DNA of 64,000 nucleotides from an uncultured Clostridium sp. (GTDB lineage Bacteria; Bacillota_I; Bacilli_A; RF39; UBA660). Shown here one piece after another: positions 8,400-19,506 of this stretch. Both the position numbers and the translations under genes were made by a program. The DNA lies in assembly GCA_964578175.1 (NCBI GenBank), contig CAZOBH010000001.1:3198-67197 (forward strand). Reading direction: 5' to 3'. The stretch's first letter is position 1, and each line of letters opens with the position of its first letter. Below the pieces are notes generated by a model. That model was not told the DNA's origin, did not search any database, and saw nothing but the letters and a program-made list of their open reading frames with translations.

Positions 8400-10667
8400 C
8401 TATAACAATTTTAAATCAATTAATACATCTTTAACAGTATCTACAGGTATTATTTCTAATTTATTTTTTACTTCTTCAGGTACATCTTTTAAATCATCAA
8501 TATTATCTCTAGGTATAAATACTTTTTTTATTCCTGCTCTTTCGGCCGCCATCAATTTTTCTGGTAATCCACCTATTGGCATAACATTACCACGTAAACT
8601 GACTTCTCCTGTCATTGCGACTTTTTCACTTACTTTTTTCTTAGTCACAAGGGAAGCTAATGTAGTTGTTAAAGTTATTCCTGCAGATGGACCATCCTTT
8701 GGTGTAGCACCTTCTGGTACATGAACATGTAAGTCATTAGATTTAAATAGTTTTGCTTTATCAGGATATAATTCCTTAACAAGACTTATAGCAATTTGAA
8801 CGCTTTCTTTCATTACATCACCAAGTTGTCCTGTAATAATAGTTTTACCACTACCTTTTGTGAATACTGATTCAATAAATAATATTTCACCACCAGCACT
8901 AGTCCATGCGAGACCTGTAACAATTCCTGATTTCTTATTTTTAATTACTCTATCATGTCTTATTTCTTTACTATCTATGTAATCTTTAATATTATTCTTA
9001 GTAACTACTATTTTACTTTCTTCATTTGAAACTATCTTAACAGCTACTTCTCTTGCTAAATGACTAAGAATTCTTTTTAGACTTCTTACACCAGATTCCA
9101 TTGTATAAGAAACTATTATTTTCTCTAATGCTGAATCAGTAATACTTAATTTATTTTTACTCAAACCAGTTTTATCCAATATCTCAGGTATTAGATATTT
9201 CTTCGCTATATTCTCTTTTTCAAGTGGAGAATAACCATTAAACTCTATTACTTCCATTCTATTTAATAAAGCTTCAGGAATTTTATCAACAGAATTAGCA
9301 GTACAAATAAAGAATACATCAGATAGATCATATGGAACATTTAAATAATGATCTGTAAAAGTATTATTTTGTTCTGGATCTAAAACTTCTAAAAGTGCAC
9401 TAGCTGGATCACCATCGTATGAAGTAATTAATTTATCAACCTCATCTAATACAACAACAGGATTAGATTTACCACATTTACATATTCCATCCATTATTCT
9501 TCCTGGTAATGCACCAATATAAGTTCTTCTGTGGCCTCTAATTTCTGCTTCATCTCTTATTCCCCCAAGAGATACTCTAACATATTCTCTATCTAATGCT
9601 TTTGCAATAGATGATGCAATAGAAGTTTTACCAGTTCCTGGTGGACCAACAAATAAAAGAATACTACCGGATTGTTTCTTATTTAGATTCATAACAGCTA
9701 TTTCTTCAATTATTCTTTTCTTAACTTTTTTAAGTCCATAATGTTCTTCATCTAATACTTTCTTTGCTTTCTTTAAATCTATTTCATTATATTGTTCCTT
9801 TTTCCATGATAAAGACGTAATAAAGTCTATATAATCATAAAGCATTCCATATTCTTGTGAGTTATTACCCTCGTTTTTCATTCTGTTAATTACTTTTTCT
9901 GCTTCTTTCAAAGCCACTTTATTCATACCAGACGATTTTATTTTTTGTTCAAATTTACTTATATCATTTTGTTCATCCGGATGCATATTATCTAATTCTT
10001 TTTGTAAATATTCTATTTGCTTTTTTAAAGCATGTTCTCTATATATTCTTTCGTTATCTTCTTGTTCTTTATCTTTTGCTTCTCCATTTACTTCTTCAAT
10101 ATTTATATATTCATAGATTATCTTTTCTATTTTTTTATTTCTCTTCTTATTTGAATCTTCTTTAAGTAATTCATACTTTTCTTTAGGATTTAGATTTATT
10201 AAATCGTTAAGTGCACATATCATTTCACTAAGACTATTCCATTGCATGATAAAGGCACGAGCAACAAATCCCCATTCATATTTTTGGACAAATTTATTTA
10301 ACTTTCTTTTTAATTTATCTAATTTATCTTGTTCTTCCTCAAAAGTAATATCATTAATAGTAGCTATAGCTGAGAACTTAACTTCATAATTATTTTCTCC
10401 AAGAGATACTATATCATCTATTTTTATTCTTTCATCAGTTTCAATAATAGTTAGATCATTTCTAATATCAATTACTTTACCTATTACTCCTATATCTTGA
10501 AAAGATTGTTTGTTAAAATCGTTAAAGATTCTTTTCTTTCTTATTAAAAATATTACTTTATCATCTATTTCTAAATTCTTACCATCCATACTTCTTGCTT
10601 TACTGCCTTTTAAAGCAAGTTCTATTTTGGGTAGAATTATTTGATCATATAATAAAACTATTTTCAT
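8400..10667 (-). CDS. lon: ATP-dependent Lon protease (LonA type)
   Basis: Walker A GPPGTGKTS, a AAA+ module, and the proteolytic serine motif PKDGPSAGITL. Confidence 0.95.
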   Translation of the reverse strand: MKIVLLYDQIILPKIELALKGSKARSMDGKNLEIDDKVIFLIRKKRIFNDFNKQSFQDIGVIGKVIDIRNDLTIIETDERIKIDDIVSLGENNYEVKFSAIATINDITFEEEQDKLDKLKRKLNKFVQKYEWGFVARAFIMQWNSLSEMICALNDLINLNPKEKYELLKEDSNKKRNKKIEKIIYEYINIEEVNGEAKDKEQEDNERIYREHALKKQIEYLQKELDNMHPDEQNDISKFEQKIKSSGMNKVALKEAEKVINRMKNEGNNSQEYGMLYDYIDFITSLSWKKEQYNEIDLKKAKKVLDEEHYGLKKVKKRIIEEIAVMNLNKKQSGSILLFVGPPGTGKTSIASSIAKALDREYVRVSLGGIRDEAEIRGHRRTYIGALPGRIMDGICKCGKSNPVVVLDEVDKLITSYDGDPASALLEVLDPEQNNTFTDHYLNVPYDLSDVFFICTANSVDKIPEALLNRMEVIEFNGYSPLEKENIAKKYLIPEILDKTGLSKNKLSITDSALEKIIVSYTMESGVRSLKRILSHLAREVAVKIVSNEESKIVVTKNNIKDYIDSKEIRHDRVIKNKKSGIVTGLAWTSAGGEILFIESVFTKGSGKTIITGQLGDVMKESVQIAISLVKELYPDKAKLFKSNDLHVHVPEGATPKDGPSAGITLTTTLASLVTKKKVSEKVAMTGEVSLRGNVMPIGGLPEKLMAAERAGIKKVFIPRDNIDDLKDVPEEVKNKLEIIPVDTVKDVLIDLKLL

Positions 10668-10679
10668 ATGTCACCTCTT

Positions 10680-10706
10680 TTAGCAATCTAATATTTTGAG
10701 TGCTAA
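10680..10706 (-). promoter_or_regulatory. CIRCE operator (HrcA binding site) in the lon leader
   Basis: TTAGCAATC-N9-GAGTGCTAA compared with the consensus TTAGCACTC-N9-GAGTGCTAA (one mismatch). It lies 13 nt upstream of the lon ATG and just downstream of the -10 element. Confidence 0.8.
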
Positions 10707-10710
10707 CTAG

Positions 10711-10739
10711 ATTATATTATATTAAATTTAAAATGACAA
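10711..10739 (-). promoter_or_regulatory. SigA-type promoter of lon
   Basis: On the minus strand, TTGTCA (10739-10734), a 17-nt spacer, then TATAAT (10716-10711). Confidence 0.7.
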
Positions 10740-10780
10740 TAGTAATAATAAAAAAAAGAAGTATATTAAATACTTCTTAA

Positions 10781-13282
10781 TTAGTCATTTTTTCCGTGGC
10801 ATTGTTTGTATTTCTTACCACTTCCGCACCAACAAGGATCATTTCTACCTAATTTCTTTTCTTTTTTAACAGGTTTTTGTTTTTCTTTTGCTTCTTCACC
10901 CTTGTTAGAGAATTTATTTTTACTTATTTCTTTTCTTTCAAGATTTTGTGTTATTTGAGCTTTTACTAAGAAATTAGTAACATCTTTATCAATATTTTGG
11001 AACATCTTATCAAATAATTCAAATCCCTCAACTGTATAAGCTCTTAATGGATTTTCTTGACCATAACTTCTTAAACTTATACCTTCTCTTAAGTGAGACA
11101 TTGTATTAATTTGTTCTGTCCAATATTTATCAATAATGTTTAAAGTAATAACTTTTTCAAATTCTTCAGCTATACCAACTGGTACAACACTAATCTTTTC
11201 TTGATATTCTTCAACTATTTGATCATAAATCTTATCAATTAATTGTTCTTCTTTTAAACCATCAACTTCATCAACAGATATATCATTCTTTAATAAAGTA
11301 TTGAAGTATTCAACTATATCAGTAATATCATCATGAGTTAATTTTCCTTCTGGATATATATGAGATTGAACTTCATCAGTAATATGATCTTTAAATGTTT
11401 TTAATACAGTATCATGAATAGATTCATTATCTAATATCTCATTTCTTCTTTCATACATAATCTTTCTTTGATTATTGTTAACATCATCATATTGTAATAA
11501 TTGTTTACGAATATCAAAGTTATTTCCTTCAACTCTAGATTGAGCTGATTCAATTGATTTAGTAAATGTTCTAGACTTAATTGCTTGAGTTTCTGAGAAC
11601 CCAACAGATTGTAACATTCTCTTAATTCTATCTGTACCAAATCTAACCATTAGATCATCTTCCATTGATACATAGAATTGTGTATAACCTGGATCTCCTT
11701 GACGTCCTGAACGTCCACGTAATTGGTTATCTATACGACGAGATTCATGTCTTTCAGTACCTAGTACGCATAAACCTCCAAGTTTTCTAGTTTCATCAGT
11801 TAATTTAATATCTGTTCCACGCCCAGCCATGTTAGTAGCAATTGTAACAGAACCTTTTTCTCCAGCTTTAGCAATGATTTCTGCCTCACGAGCATGGTTC
11901 TTAGCATTTAATACTTCATGCGGAATCTTTTTCTTAGTTAACATCTTACTAATTAATTCGTTTGTTTCGATAGCTACAGTACCAACAAGTACTGGTTGTC
12001 CAGTTTTATGTCGTCTTTCTATCTCATCAACAAGAGCAATGAATTTACCTTGTTTTGTTGAATATAACAAATCTGGTTCATCATCACGAATTACTTCTTT
12101 ATTTGTAGGTATTTGAATAACATACATGTTATATATATTTCTAAATTCTTCTTCTTCTGTTTTAGCTGTTCCTGTCATTCCAGAAAGTTTTTGATACATT
12201 CTGAATAAGTTTTGGAATGTAATAGTAGCTAAAGTCTTAGTTTCTTGATTAATTGTAACTCCTTCTTTAGCTTCAATAGCTTGATGAAGACCATCACTAT
12301 AAGCACGTCCTTTCATAAGACGTCCAGTAAATTTATCAACGATTACAATCTTATCATCTTGTACTACATAATCTACATCTAACTTCATACTATAATTTGC
12401 TTTTAAAGCTTGATTAATACTATGAACTAATGTAGTTTGATCTGTCTCATACAAATTTGAAACTTTAAAATACTTTTCTGCTTTTTTAACACCTTGTTCT
12501 GTTAAAACAACAGTTTTTGTTTTTTCATCATATTTATAATCATCTTCATTAGTTAATTCTTTAGCAAATTTATCAGCACTAGTATATACTGTAGTACTTT
12601 TTAATTCTCCACCAGAAATAATAAGTGGTGTTCTAGCTTCATCTATTAATACTGAGTCAACTTCGTCAACAATACAGAAATTTAATTTTCTTTGTACACG
12701 ATCTTCTTTTTTAACAACCATGTTGTCTCTTAAGTAATCAAATCCTAATTCATTATTAGTTGTGTACATAATATCACAATTATATACTTCCTTCTTTTGT
12801 TCTGGAGTTAAATCTCTTAAGTTAACACCTACTGTAAGTCCTAAAAATTTATGAATATTTCCCATCCAATTAGCATCACGTTGTGCAAGGTATTCATTAA
12901 CAGTAATAATATGTACTCCCTTACCACTTAATGCATTTAAGTATGCTGGAAGCACAGCAGTTAAAGTTTTACCTTCACCTGTTTTCATCTCAGCAATATT
13001 ACCTTGGTGAATTGCTATTGCTCCTAATAATTGTACATAGAATGGTTTTTCTCCAATAACACGAAAAGCTGCCTCTCTTGCAGTTGCAAAAGCTTCAACT
13101 AATATATCATCTAAAGTTTCTCCATCTTCAACTCTTTTTTTAAATTCTTCAGTTTTAGCTTTTAAATCATCATCAGACATCTTACTATATTCTTTATCTA
13201 ATGCTTCAATTTTATCAGCTAATACAGAGAATTTCTTTAATTCTTTATAATCATGATCAAATAATGATTTAATTATGTTCAT
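10781..13282 (-). CDS. secA: Preprotein translocase ATPase SecA
   Basis: Full-length match to the SecA pattern (MKTGEGKTL Walker A, DEVDSVLIDEARTPLIISG) with the C-terminal zinc-binding tail CWCGSGKKYKQCHG. Confidence 0.97.
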   Translation of the reverse strand: MNIIKSLFDHDYKELKKFSVLADKIEALDKEYSKMSDDDLKAKTEEFKKRVEDGETLDDILVEAFATAREAAFRVIGEKPFYVQLLGAIAIHQGNIAEMKTGEGKTLTAVLPAYLNALSGKGVHIITVNEYLAQRDANWMGNIHKFLGLTVGVNLRDLTPEQKKEVYNCDIMYTTNNELGFDYLRDNMVVKKEDRVQRKLNFCIVDEVDSVLIDEARTPLIISGGELKSTTVYTSADKFAKELTNEDDYKYDEKTKTVVLTEQGVKKAEKYFKVSNLYETDQTTLVHSINQALKANYSMKLDVDYVVQDDKIVIVDKFTGRLMKGRAYSDGLHQAIEAKEGVTINQETKTLATITFQNLFRMYQKLSGMTGTAKTEEEEFRNIYNMYVIQIPTNKEVIRDDEPDLLYSTKQGKFIALVDEIERRHKTGQPVLVGTVAIETNELISKMLTKKKIPHEVLNAKNHAREAEIIAKAGEKGSVTIATNMAGRGTDIKLTDETRKLGGLCVLGTERHESRRIDNQLRGRSGRQGDPGYTQFYVSMEDDLMVRFGTDRIKRMLQSVGFSETQAIKSRTFTKSIESAQSRVEGNNFDIRKQLLQYDDVNNNQRKIMYERRNEILDNESIHDTVLKTFKDHITDEVQSHIYPEGKLTHDDITDIVEYFNTLLKNDISVDEVDGLKEEQLIDKIYDQIVEEYQEKISVVPVGIAEEFEKVITLNIIDKYWTEQINTMSHLREGISLRSYGQENPLRAYTVEGFELFDKMFQNIDKDVTNFLVKAQITQNLERKEISKNKFSNKGEEAKEKQKPVKKEKKLGRNDPCWCGSGKKYKQCHGKND

Positions 13283-13356
13283 TTTATCATCTCCTGCTAG
13301 TTACATTTTAACAAATATCCAATATTTATTAAATCATTTTTATACGTTATAGTCAA

Positions 13357-13381
13357 CAAAATCCCTAGTATTACTAGGGAT
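13357..13381 (-). terminator. Terminator after hpf
   Basis: Perfect inverted repeat ATCCCTAGTA-T-TACTAGGGAT, followed on the minus strand by TTTTGTTG. Confidence 0.65.
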
Positions 13382-13389
13382 TATATTAA

Positions 13390-13926
13390 TTACATTGTTT
13401 CAATTATTCCATATTGTCCATCTTTTCTTTTATAGACTAACATTGGTTTCATATCATTTTCATTTTTAAATAGGTAGAAATCATGTCCAATAAGTTCCAT
13501 TTGAAGAATAGCCTCTTCTTCACTCATTGGTTTAGCTTCTACTGTTTTTCTTTTAACAATTTTGTTTTCTTCTTTTTCTTGTGTTTCTTCTATATCATCT
13601 AAAGCAAAAACTCCATAATCTTTATTTTTCTTTGATTGATTTTGTAGTTTTGTCTTATTCTTTCTAATTTGTCTTTCTAGTTTATCAACTAATTCATCAA
13701 TTGCTGCATATACATCTTCTTGCGTTTCTTCAGCACGTAGTAAGAAGTTCTTAAGTGGAATAGTAGCTTCTACTTTTTGTCCTATTTTCTCAACCTTAAT
13801 AACAACTTTTGCCTCAACATCATCTGGATTTTCAAGATATTTGTCTACCTTAGATAATTTCTCTTCAATATGACTTTGTATTGACTTAGTTACTTTAACA
13901 TTATCTCCTCTAACAATTATCTTCAT
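13390..13926 (-). CDS. hpf: Ribosome hibernation promoting factor, long form
   Basis: It has an N-terminal sigma-54 modulation / S30AE domain and a C-terminal dimerisation domain (MSEEEAILQMELIGHDFYLF...VYKRKDGQYGIIE). Confidence 0.9.
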   Translation of the reverse strand: MKIIVRGDNVKVTKSIQSHIEEKLSKVDKYLENPDDVEAKVVIKVEKIGQKVEATIPLKNFLLRAEETQEDVYAAIDELVDKLERQIRKNKTKLQNQSKKNKDYGVFALDDIEETQEKEENKIVKRKTVEAKPMSEEEAILQMELIGHDFYLFKNENDMKPMLVYKRKDGQYGIIETM

Positions 13927-13975
13927 TTTACATCACTCCTTATACCTATATAATAACATATATAAATAAAAAAAA

Positions 13976-15076
13976 CTACTTAGTAGTTTTTCCTCTTCTT
14001 AAAATTTTACTCTCAAATTTCTTAGTTTTTTTCTCTATCTCAGGACTTATTATACTAGTATGTAAAATAAACCAAATAACTATTACAAATAATACTACAT
14101 AAATAATTATTCCTAATTTTCTTCCTTGAACATTATAAATAATTGATGCAATAGAGAATAATAAATCTATTAAATAAACTATTAATACTGTTTTTCTTTG
14201 AGAAAAATTCATTTTTAATAACTGATGATGCATATGATCTCTATCACCTTCAGTAATCTTTTTATGTTTAATAATTCTTCTAATAATTGCAAATGCTGTA
14301 TCAAGTATTGGTATAGATAAAGTAATAAGAGGAACAATTATTGATGTAAGCATAGTTCCTTTAAATCCTAGCAATGATATTACAGCAATAATATATCCTA
14401 AAAACGTTGCCCCTGTTTCTCCTGCAAAAGTTTTAGCTGGATTAAAATTATATAAAAGAAAGCCTAATGTTGCACCAAGCATAATAAATGTTAAAGTTAT
14501 CTCTAATGTTCCATATCTTTGTTGTATAAATGATATTATTCCTATTGTTAAGAAAAATATTGAAGTAATTCCACCACTTAATCCATCTAGTCCATCAATT
14601 AATCTAATTATATTAATACAACCTACTATGAATATTAAAGTAACTAAATAAGATAATATTCCAAAATTAATAGTTATTCCAAAGAATGTTAGTTTATTAA
14701 GTAGTATTCCTCCATAAAAGATAATTACTAGTGATGCAGCAACTTGACCTATTAATTGTTCCTTTGGTTTTAAGGAATTAATATCATCAATCATTCCAGT
14801 AAATATTATAAAGAAACTTCCTATTAGAATAGCGTTCATTTGTATACTATGAACACCAAATAACATATATCCAACAAGAAAACTAATATATATCGCCATT
14901 CCTCCAAATTTAGGAGTAGCTTGCTTATGAATATGTCTATTTCCTTGTTCATCTCTAGGTCTATCAATCGCTCCTATATGATTAGCAATTTTAATTATTA
15001 ATGGCATAACTATAGCTGATACAGAAAATGTAGTTATTACCATCAAAATAATTCTTATTAAATACTCTTGTGACAT
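13976..15076 (-). CDS. tagO: Glycosyltransferase family 4, undecaprenyl-phosphate GlcNAc-1-phosphate transferase (TagO/WecA-like)
   Basis: Polytopic membrane protein with MraY/WecA-family motifs (DDINSLKP, IRLIDGLDGLSGG, GETGATFLGY). Confidence 0.8.
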   Translation of the reverse strand: MSQEYLIRIILMVITTFSVSAIVMPLIIKIANHIGAIDRPRDEQGNRHIHKQATPKFGGMAIYISFLVGYMLFGVHSIQMNAILIGSFFIIFTGMIDDINSLKPKEQLIGQVAASLVIIFYGGILLNKLTFFGITINFGILSYLVTLIFIVGCINIIRLIDGLDGLSGGITSIFFLTIGIISFIQQRYGTLEITLTFIMLGATLGFLLYNFNPAKTFAGETGATFLGYIIAVISLLGFKGTMLTSIIVPLITLSIPILDTAFAIIRRIIKHKKITEGDRDHMHHQLLKMNFSQRKTVLIVYLIDLLFSIASIIYNVQGRKLGIIIYVVLFVIVIWFILHTSIISPEIEKKTKKFESKILRRGKTTK

Positions 15077-15132
15077 AAAATCACCTCTTAATTAATTATA
15101 ATATTAAATTATTTAAAAGAAAACAAGTAAAT

Positions 15133-15154
15133 AAAAACCATCTTAAGATGGTTT
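15133..15154 (-). terminator. Terminator after the DUF1146 gene
   Basis: Palindrome AACCATCTTAAGATGGTT, followed on the minus strand by TTTTT. It overlaps the stop codon. Confidence 0.65.
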
Positions 15155-15341
15155 AATAACACATATATATGTCATATATAAAATTAACAAATAGATATAT
15201 AACTATACAAATTAATATAACAAAGAAAATTCTTGCTTGAACTATATGATTCTTTTTAAATATACCATTTATATTTAAAGATGACATTGCATATATAACA
15301 AGAGGAGAAATCAAAATATATAATAATAATTTATTACTCAT
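15153..15341 (-). CDS. Small integral membrane protein, DUF1146 / YwzB-like
   Basis: 62 aa with two TM helices and a central basic loop, resembling B. subtilis YwzB. The start overlaps the rpiB stop (ATGAGTAA). Confidence 0.5.
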   Translation of the reverse strand: MSNKLLLYILISPLVIYAMSSLNINGIFKKNHIVQARIFFVILICIVIYLFVNFIYDIYMCY

Positions 15342-15819
15342 GTTTTTTATCTCTTTCTACTTTTCTTAGAATTGGATTATTATTATCTTCATATTCTTTT
15401 ATTTGTTCAATTCTTTTGTTATATCGATCTATATTTGAATATTTTGTACAGAAAAAAGTATCAATAATATCTTTTACTTTATAAAAAGCCATCGTTCCAT
15501 TAAGAGCAAGAACATTAGCGTCATTATCTTTTCTTGTAAGTTTTGCTTCTTTTGTACTATCAACTTTAGCGCATCTTACTCCACGTACTTTGTTACAAGC
15601 TATACTTATTCCGATACCTGTTCCACATACAACAATTCCAAAATCTACTGTTTTATTTGCTACCGCTTCTCCAACTTTAAATGCATACTTAGTATAATCA
15701 GTATTTTCCATTGAATCTGTTCCATAATCAAACACTTCATAATTCTTCTTTTTTAAATACTCTATTATTTTAGTCTTAGTTTTAAATCCTCTATGATCAC
15801 TACCAACTGCAATCTTCAT
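15334..15819 (-). CDS. rpiB: Ribose-5-phosphate isomerase B (RpiB/LacAB family)
   Basis: MKIAVGSDHRGF...GIVVCGTGIGISIACNK. The track ORF extends to 15831, but that ATG lies within the AGGTGG RBS, so I start the gene at MKIAV. Confidence 0.88.
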   Translation of the reverse strand: MKIAVGSDHRGFKTKTKIIEYLKKKNYEVFDYGTDSMENTDYTKYAFKVGEAVANKTVDFGIVVCGTGIGISIACNKVRGVRCAKVDSTKEAKLTRKDNDANVLALNGTMAFYKVKDIIDTFFCTKYSNIDRYNKRIEQIKEYEDNNNPILRKVERDKKHE

Positions 15820-15902
15820 ATTCCACCTCAATCATAAAAATTATAACATAACTTTTGTGATTATTTAATGATAAAAACATAAAAAAATAGAGATATTAAT
15901 CT

Positions 15903-16115
15903 CTATTCACTTACTTTATCAAATCCATACTTCTTGTTAAATTTATCTGCTCTTCCTGCATGAGATGTTCTACTTTGTTTTCCTGTATAGAATGGATGAC
16001 ATTTAGAACAAACCTCAACACGCATTTCATCTTGAGTAGATCTAACTGTAAAAGTTTCTCCACAAGCGCATGTAACTTTTGTATCTTTATATTCTGGATG
16101 TATTCCTGCTTTCAT
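15903..16115 (-). CDS. rpmE: 50S ribosomal protein L31 (Cys-containing zinc-ribbon form)
   Basis: MKAGIHPEY...CACGETF...[12 protein letters not shown]. Confidence 0.95.
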   Translation of the reverse strand: MKAGIHPEYKDTKVTCACGETFTVRSTQDEMRVEVCSKCHPFYTGKQSRTSHAGRADKFNKKYGFDKVSE

Positions 16116-16205
16116 ATTTCGACACTCCTTCCGCCATGATTAAATATTAATCATAGAAAATATTGCTTTTATAATATAACAAACAATTTTATAAAATGCA
16201 AGTTT

Positions 16206-17489
16206 TTATCGAGTTTTAGTACTTTCTTCTTCTTTTTGAATGACTTTTATATCAGCACCAACATCTCTTAATTTTTCAACTATATTAGAATATCCTCTAA
16301 GAATATGATTTATATTAGTAATTTCAGTTTTTCCTTCTGCTATTAATCCAGCAGCAACCATTGCAGCTCCAGCTCTTAAATCTGTAGCTTCTACTTCTTC
16401 ACCATGTAATGGTGTAGGTCCTTTAAATTTAGCTGACATTCCAATTACTTCAACATTTGCACCCATTTTATTTAAATAAGGTACATGCATAAATCTATTT
16501 TCCCAAATTGTTTCAGTTACTTTTGATTCTCCTTCTGCTTGAGTCATAATTACAGAATAAGGTTGTTGTAAATCAGTTGGGAATCCAGGATATCCTACTG
16601 TTTTAACTTTAGTAGGTAAGAATTTATTTGGTTTAGTAACATATAAATAATCATCTCCTACTTCCATTTCAACGCCAGCTTCTTCAAGTGTTGATAAAAG
16701 TGAAGTTAAATGTGCTGGAATTATATTATCAATTTTTAAATAATTACCAGTTAAAGCACCAATAATTATATATGTACCAGCTTCAATTCTATCAGGAATG
16801 ATTTCATGTCCCTCAATTGTTCCACCTAACTTTTTAACTCCTTCTATTTTTATTTCACTAGTTCCTGCTCCTCTTATTTTAGCACCCATACTATTTAATA
16901 ACATTGCTACATCAGTAATTTCAGGTTCACGAGCAGCATTCTTAATTCTAGTTACTCCATCAGCTAAACATGCAGCAAGCATTATATTTATAGTTGCACC
17001 TACTGATGCAATATCTAAAAATATATCAGCTCCTTTTAATTCTTTAGCATCAACTATATATTTTTTACCTTCATTTTTAACAGTTGCACCAAGTGCTTCA
17101 AATCCTTTTAAATGAAGATTTATTGGTCTTTCTCCAATTTTACATCCTCCTGGAAAATATAATTCAGCATGATGATACTTTCCTAACATAGCTCCCATGA
17201 AATAATAAGAAGCTCTTAATTTTGATGCATACTCTTCTGTTATTTCTTTATTTTCTACATTTGCAGGGTCAATAACAATTGCATTAGTTGATCTTTGTGG
17301 ATTAGCTCCAATATATTCAAGTATTTCTGTTAATGAATCTACATCTTTTATTTCAGGTACATTAGTTAATGTTACTTGTTCACTTCCTAGTATTGCTGCT
17401 GGAATTAAAGCAACACAACTGTTTTTTGCACCATTTATTCTAATAGTCCCACTTAATTCTTTTCCGCCTTCAATTTCAATTACGTCCAT
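16206..17489 (-). CDS. murA: UDP-N-acetylglucosamine 1-carboxyvinyltransferase
   Basis: Full-length MurA pattern: GAKNS, the catalytic-loop PGGCKIGERPINLH, and HILRGY at the C-terminus. Confidence 0.95.
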   Translation of the reverse strand: MDVIEIEGGKELSGTIRINGAKNSCVALIPAAILGSEQVTLTNVPEIKDVDSLTEILEYIGANPQRSTNAIVIDPANVENKEITEEYASKLRASYYFMGAMLGKYHHAELYFPGGCKIGERPINLHLKGFEALGATVKNEGKKYIVDAKELKGADIFLDIASVGATINIMLAACLADGVTRIKNAAREPEITDVAMLLNSMGAKIRGAGTSEIKIEGVKKLGGTIEGHEIIPDRIEAGTYIIIGALTGNYLKIDNIIPAHLTSLLSTLEEAGVEMEVGDDYLYVTKPNKFLPTKVKTVGYPGFPTDLQQPYSVIMTQAEGESKVTETIWENRFMHVPYLNKMGANVEVIGMSAKFKGPTPLHGEEVEATDLRAGAAMVAAGLIAEGKTEITNINHILRGYSNIVEKLRDVGADIKVIQKEEESTKTR

Positions 17490-17571
17490 ATTTCCTCCTT
17501 AAGTATTTCTCCAAGTTCATTTTATCAATTATTTATAACATTATCAATCTATAAAAAATGATATTTGTCTA

Positions 17572-18390
17572 TTAATTTTCAACAAATATCATTCTATCTC
17601 TATTATTTAAATCTTTTAAACATTCTATTTTAGAATCAGGAAGTACTTCTTTAATTAAATTAGTAATATCATCTTTTAAAGTATCTCCAATTTCAAAAGC
17701 AATTATATACTCTTCTTTCAAATTGTTTTTTATATTTTTTAATATTTCTCTATATAAATCTAAACCATCTACTCCACCAAATAATGCTTTATGTGGTTCA
17801 TTAAACCTAACTATATCTTCTATTTCTTCATTTGTTTTTATATATGGAGGATTAGATATTATAACATCATACTTTTCATTTATTCCATCCAGCATATCAT
17901 TATGTTTAAAATTAACTTCTAAACCTAAATTATTAGCATTTTCTTTGGCAACATCTATTGCGTCTAAACTAATATCTAATAAAGTTACAAAAGAGTTTGG
18001 AATAGCGTTTTTTAAAGTTAAACCTATCGCTCCACTTCCACATCCAAGATCAATTATTGATACATTTTTATCATTATATTTATTCTTAATCCTTTTTATC
18101 GTTTCTTCAACTAATTGTTCTGTCTCGAATCGAGGAATAAGAACTCTTTCATCTACATTGAATCTTAATCCATAGAAGTTAACATTTCCAATAACATATT
18201 GAATAGGTTTTCCTTCTTTTAGTTCATTTACTTGCATCTTATATTTTTCAACTATATCATTATCTACTTCTTTATCTAAAATCATAAATAACTCTAATGC
18301 ATTTACTTCTAATAATTCAGCAAGAAGCATTTTTGCAAGATCAGAATGAACTCTTCCTTTACCATATGCTATCAAATCATCAACTGTCAT
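17572..18390 (-). CDS. prmC: Peptide chain release factor N5-glutamine methyltransferase
   Basis: SAM motif [10 protein letters not shown] and the NPPY catalytic motif. The gene overlaps and follows prfA, as is typical. Confidence 0.9.
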   Translation of the reverse strand: MTVDDLIAYGKGRVHSDLAKMLLAELLEVNALELFMILDKEVDNDIVEKYKMQVNELKEGKPIQYVIGNVNFYGLRFNVDERVLIPRFETEQLVEETIKRIKNKYNDKNVSIIDLGCGSGAIGLTLKNAIPNSFVTLLDISLDAIDVAKENANNLGLEVNFKHNDMLDGINEKYDVIISNPPYIKTNEEIEDIVRFNEPHKALFGGVDGLDLYREILKNIKNNLKEEYIIAFEIGDTLKDDITNLIKEVLPDSKIECLKDLNNRDRMIFVEN

Positions 18391-19447
18391 TTTCAGATCC
18401 TTCTAGTTTTCTTTTAAGATCTTCATTTATAAGAGCTTCTATTATATCTTCTATATCTCCATCCATAACTCTATCTAAATTATTTGTAGTATATCCAATT
18501 CTATGATCAGTTACCCTGTTTTGAGGATAATTATATGTTCTTATCTTTTCAGATCTATCTCCAGTACCTATTTTACTTCTTCTTTCGCTACCTACTTCTT
18601 GTTCTTGTTTTTCTATTTCAGCTTGATAAAGTCTTGCTTTAAGAACCTTCATAGCTTGTTCTTTATTTTGAATTTGACTTCTTTCATTTTGACAAGTAAC
18701 AACTGTATTAGTAGGCAAATGTGTAATTCTAACAGCACTTGGAGTTGTATTTACACCTTGTCCTCCATGCCCACTAGCACAATAAACATCTATTCTTAAA
18801 TCACTAGGATTTATTGTAATATCAACATCTTCTACTTCTGGCATAACAAGTACTGTTGCAGTAGAAGTTTGAACTCTTCCTTGAGATTCAGTAACAGGTA
18901 CTCTTTGTACACGATGTGCTCCATTTTCATACTTTAATTTAGAATAAACATTAGCTCCTTTTACCATGAATTCTATTTGAGAAAATCCTCCTGCAGTACC
19001 TTCTTCATAGTCTATTACTTCTGTTTTAAAACCAATTCTTTCTGCATATCTTGTATACATTCTATATAAATCACCAGCAAAAATATTAGCTTCATCTCCA
19101 CCTGCAGCTCCACGAATCTCCATTATAATATTTTTTCCATCATTAGGATCTTTTGGAACTAGTAACATTTCTAACTTACTTTCCAACTCTTCTTTTTTAA
19201 CGACAATTTCATCATATTCTAACTTTGCCATTTCTCCTAATTCAGGATCTTTCATTAATTCTTTAGTATTCTCTACTTCTTCTTGAGTCTTTTGATATTC
19301 TAAATAAGTATCTACAGTTTCTTTAATTTCAGCAATTTCTTTAGATATATCTCTTGTCTTATTAATATCACTTAATATTTCAGGATCTGATAACTGTTTA
19401 TTAAGTTCTTCATATCTGTTTTTAATTAACTCAAGTCTTTCTATCAT
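18380..19447 (-). CDS. prfA: Peptide chain release factor 1
   Basis: GGQ motif ([10 protein letters not shown]) and a PVT-type tripeptide region ([10 protein letters not shown]). Confidence 0.95.
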   Translation of the reverse strand: MIERLELIKNRYEELNKQLSDPEILSDINKTRDISKEIAEIKETVDTYLEYQKTQEEVENTKELMKDPELGEMAKLEYDEIVVKKEELESKLEMLLVPKDPNDGKNIIMEIRGAAGGDEANIFAGDLYRMYTRYAERIGFKTEVIDYEEGTAGGFSQIEFMVKGANVYSKLKYENGAHRVQRVPVTESQGRVQTSTATVLVMPEVEDVDITINPSDLRIDVYCASGHGGQGVNTTPSAVRITHLPTNTVVTCQNERSQIQNKEQAMKVLKARLYQAEIEKQEQEVGSERRSKIGTGDRSEKIRTYNYPQNRVTDHRIGYTTNNLDRVMDGDIEDIIEALINEDLKRKLEGSENDS

Positions 19448-19506
19448 AGAAATCTCTCCTTTTTCTGTAGTTATTATAACATAATTTAAAAAAGAAAAAA
19501 GAACTA

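Noticed and set aside
16128-16160. AT-rich hairpin ATGATTAA-ATA-TTAATCAT in the rpmE leader as a possible regulatory element
   Set aside because: It is an eight-bp all-A/T stem in very AT-rich DNA with no recognisable conserved motif. I cannot distinguish it from chance without comparative data.
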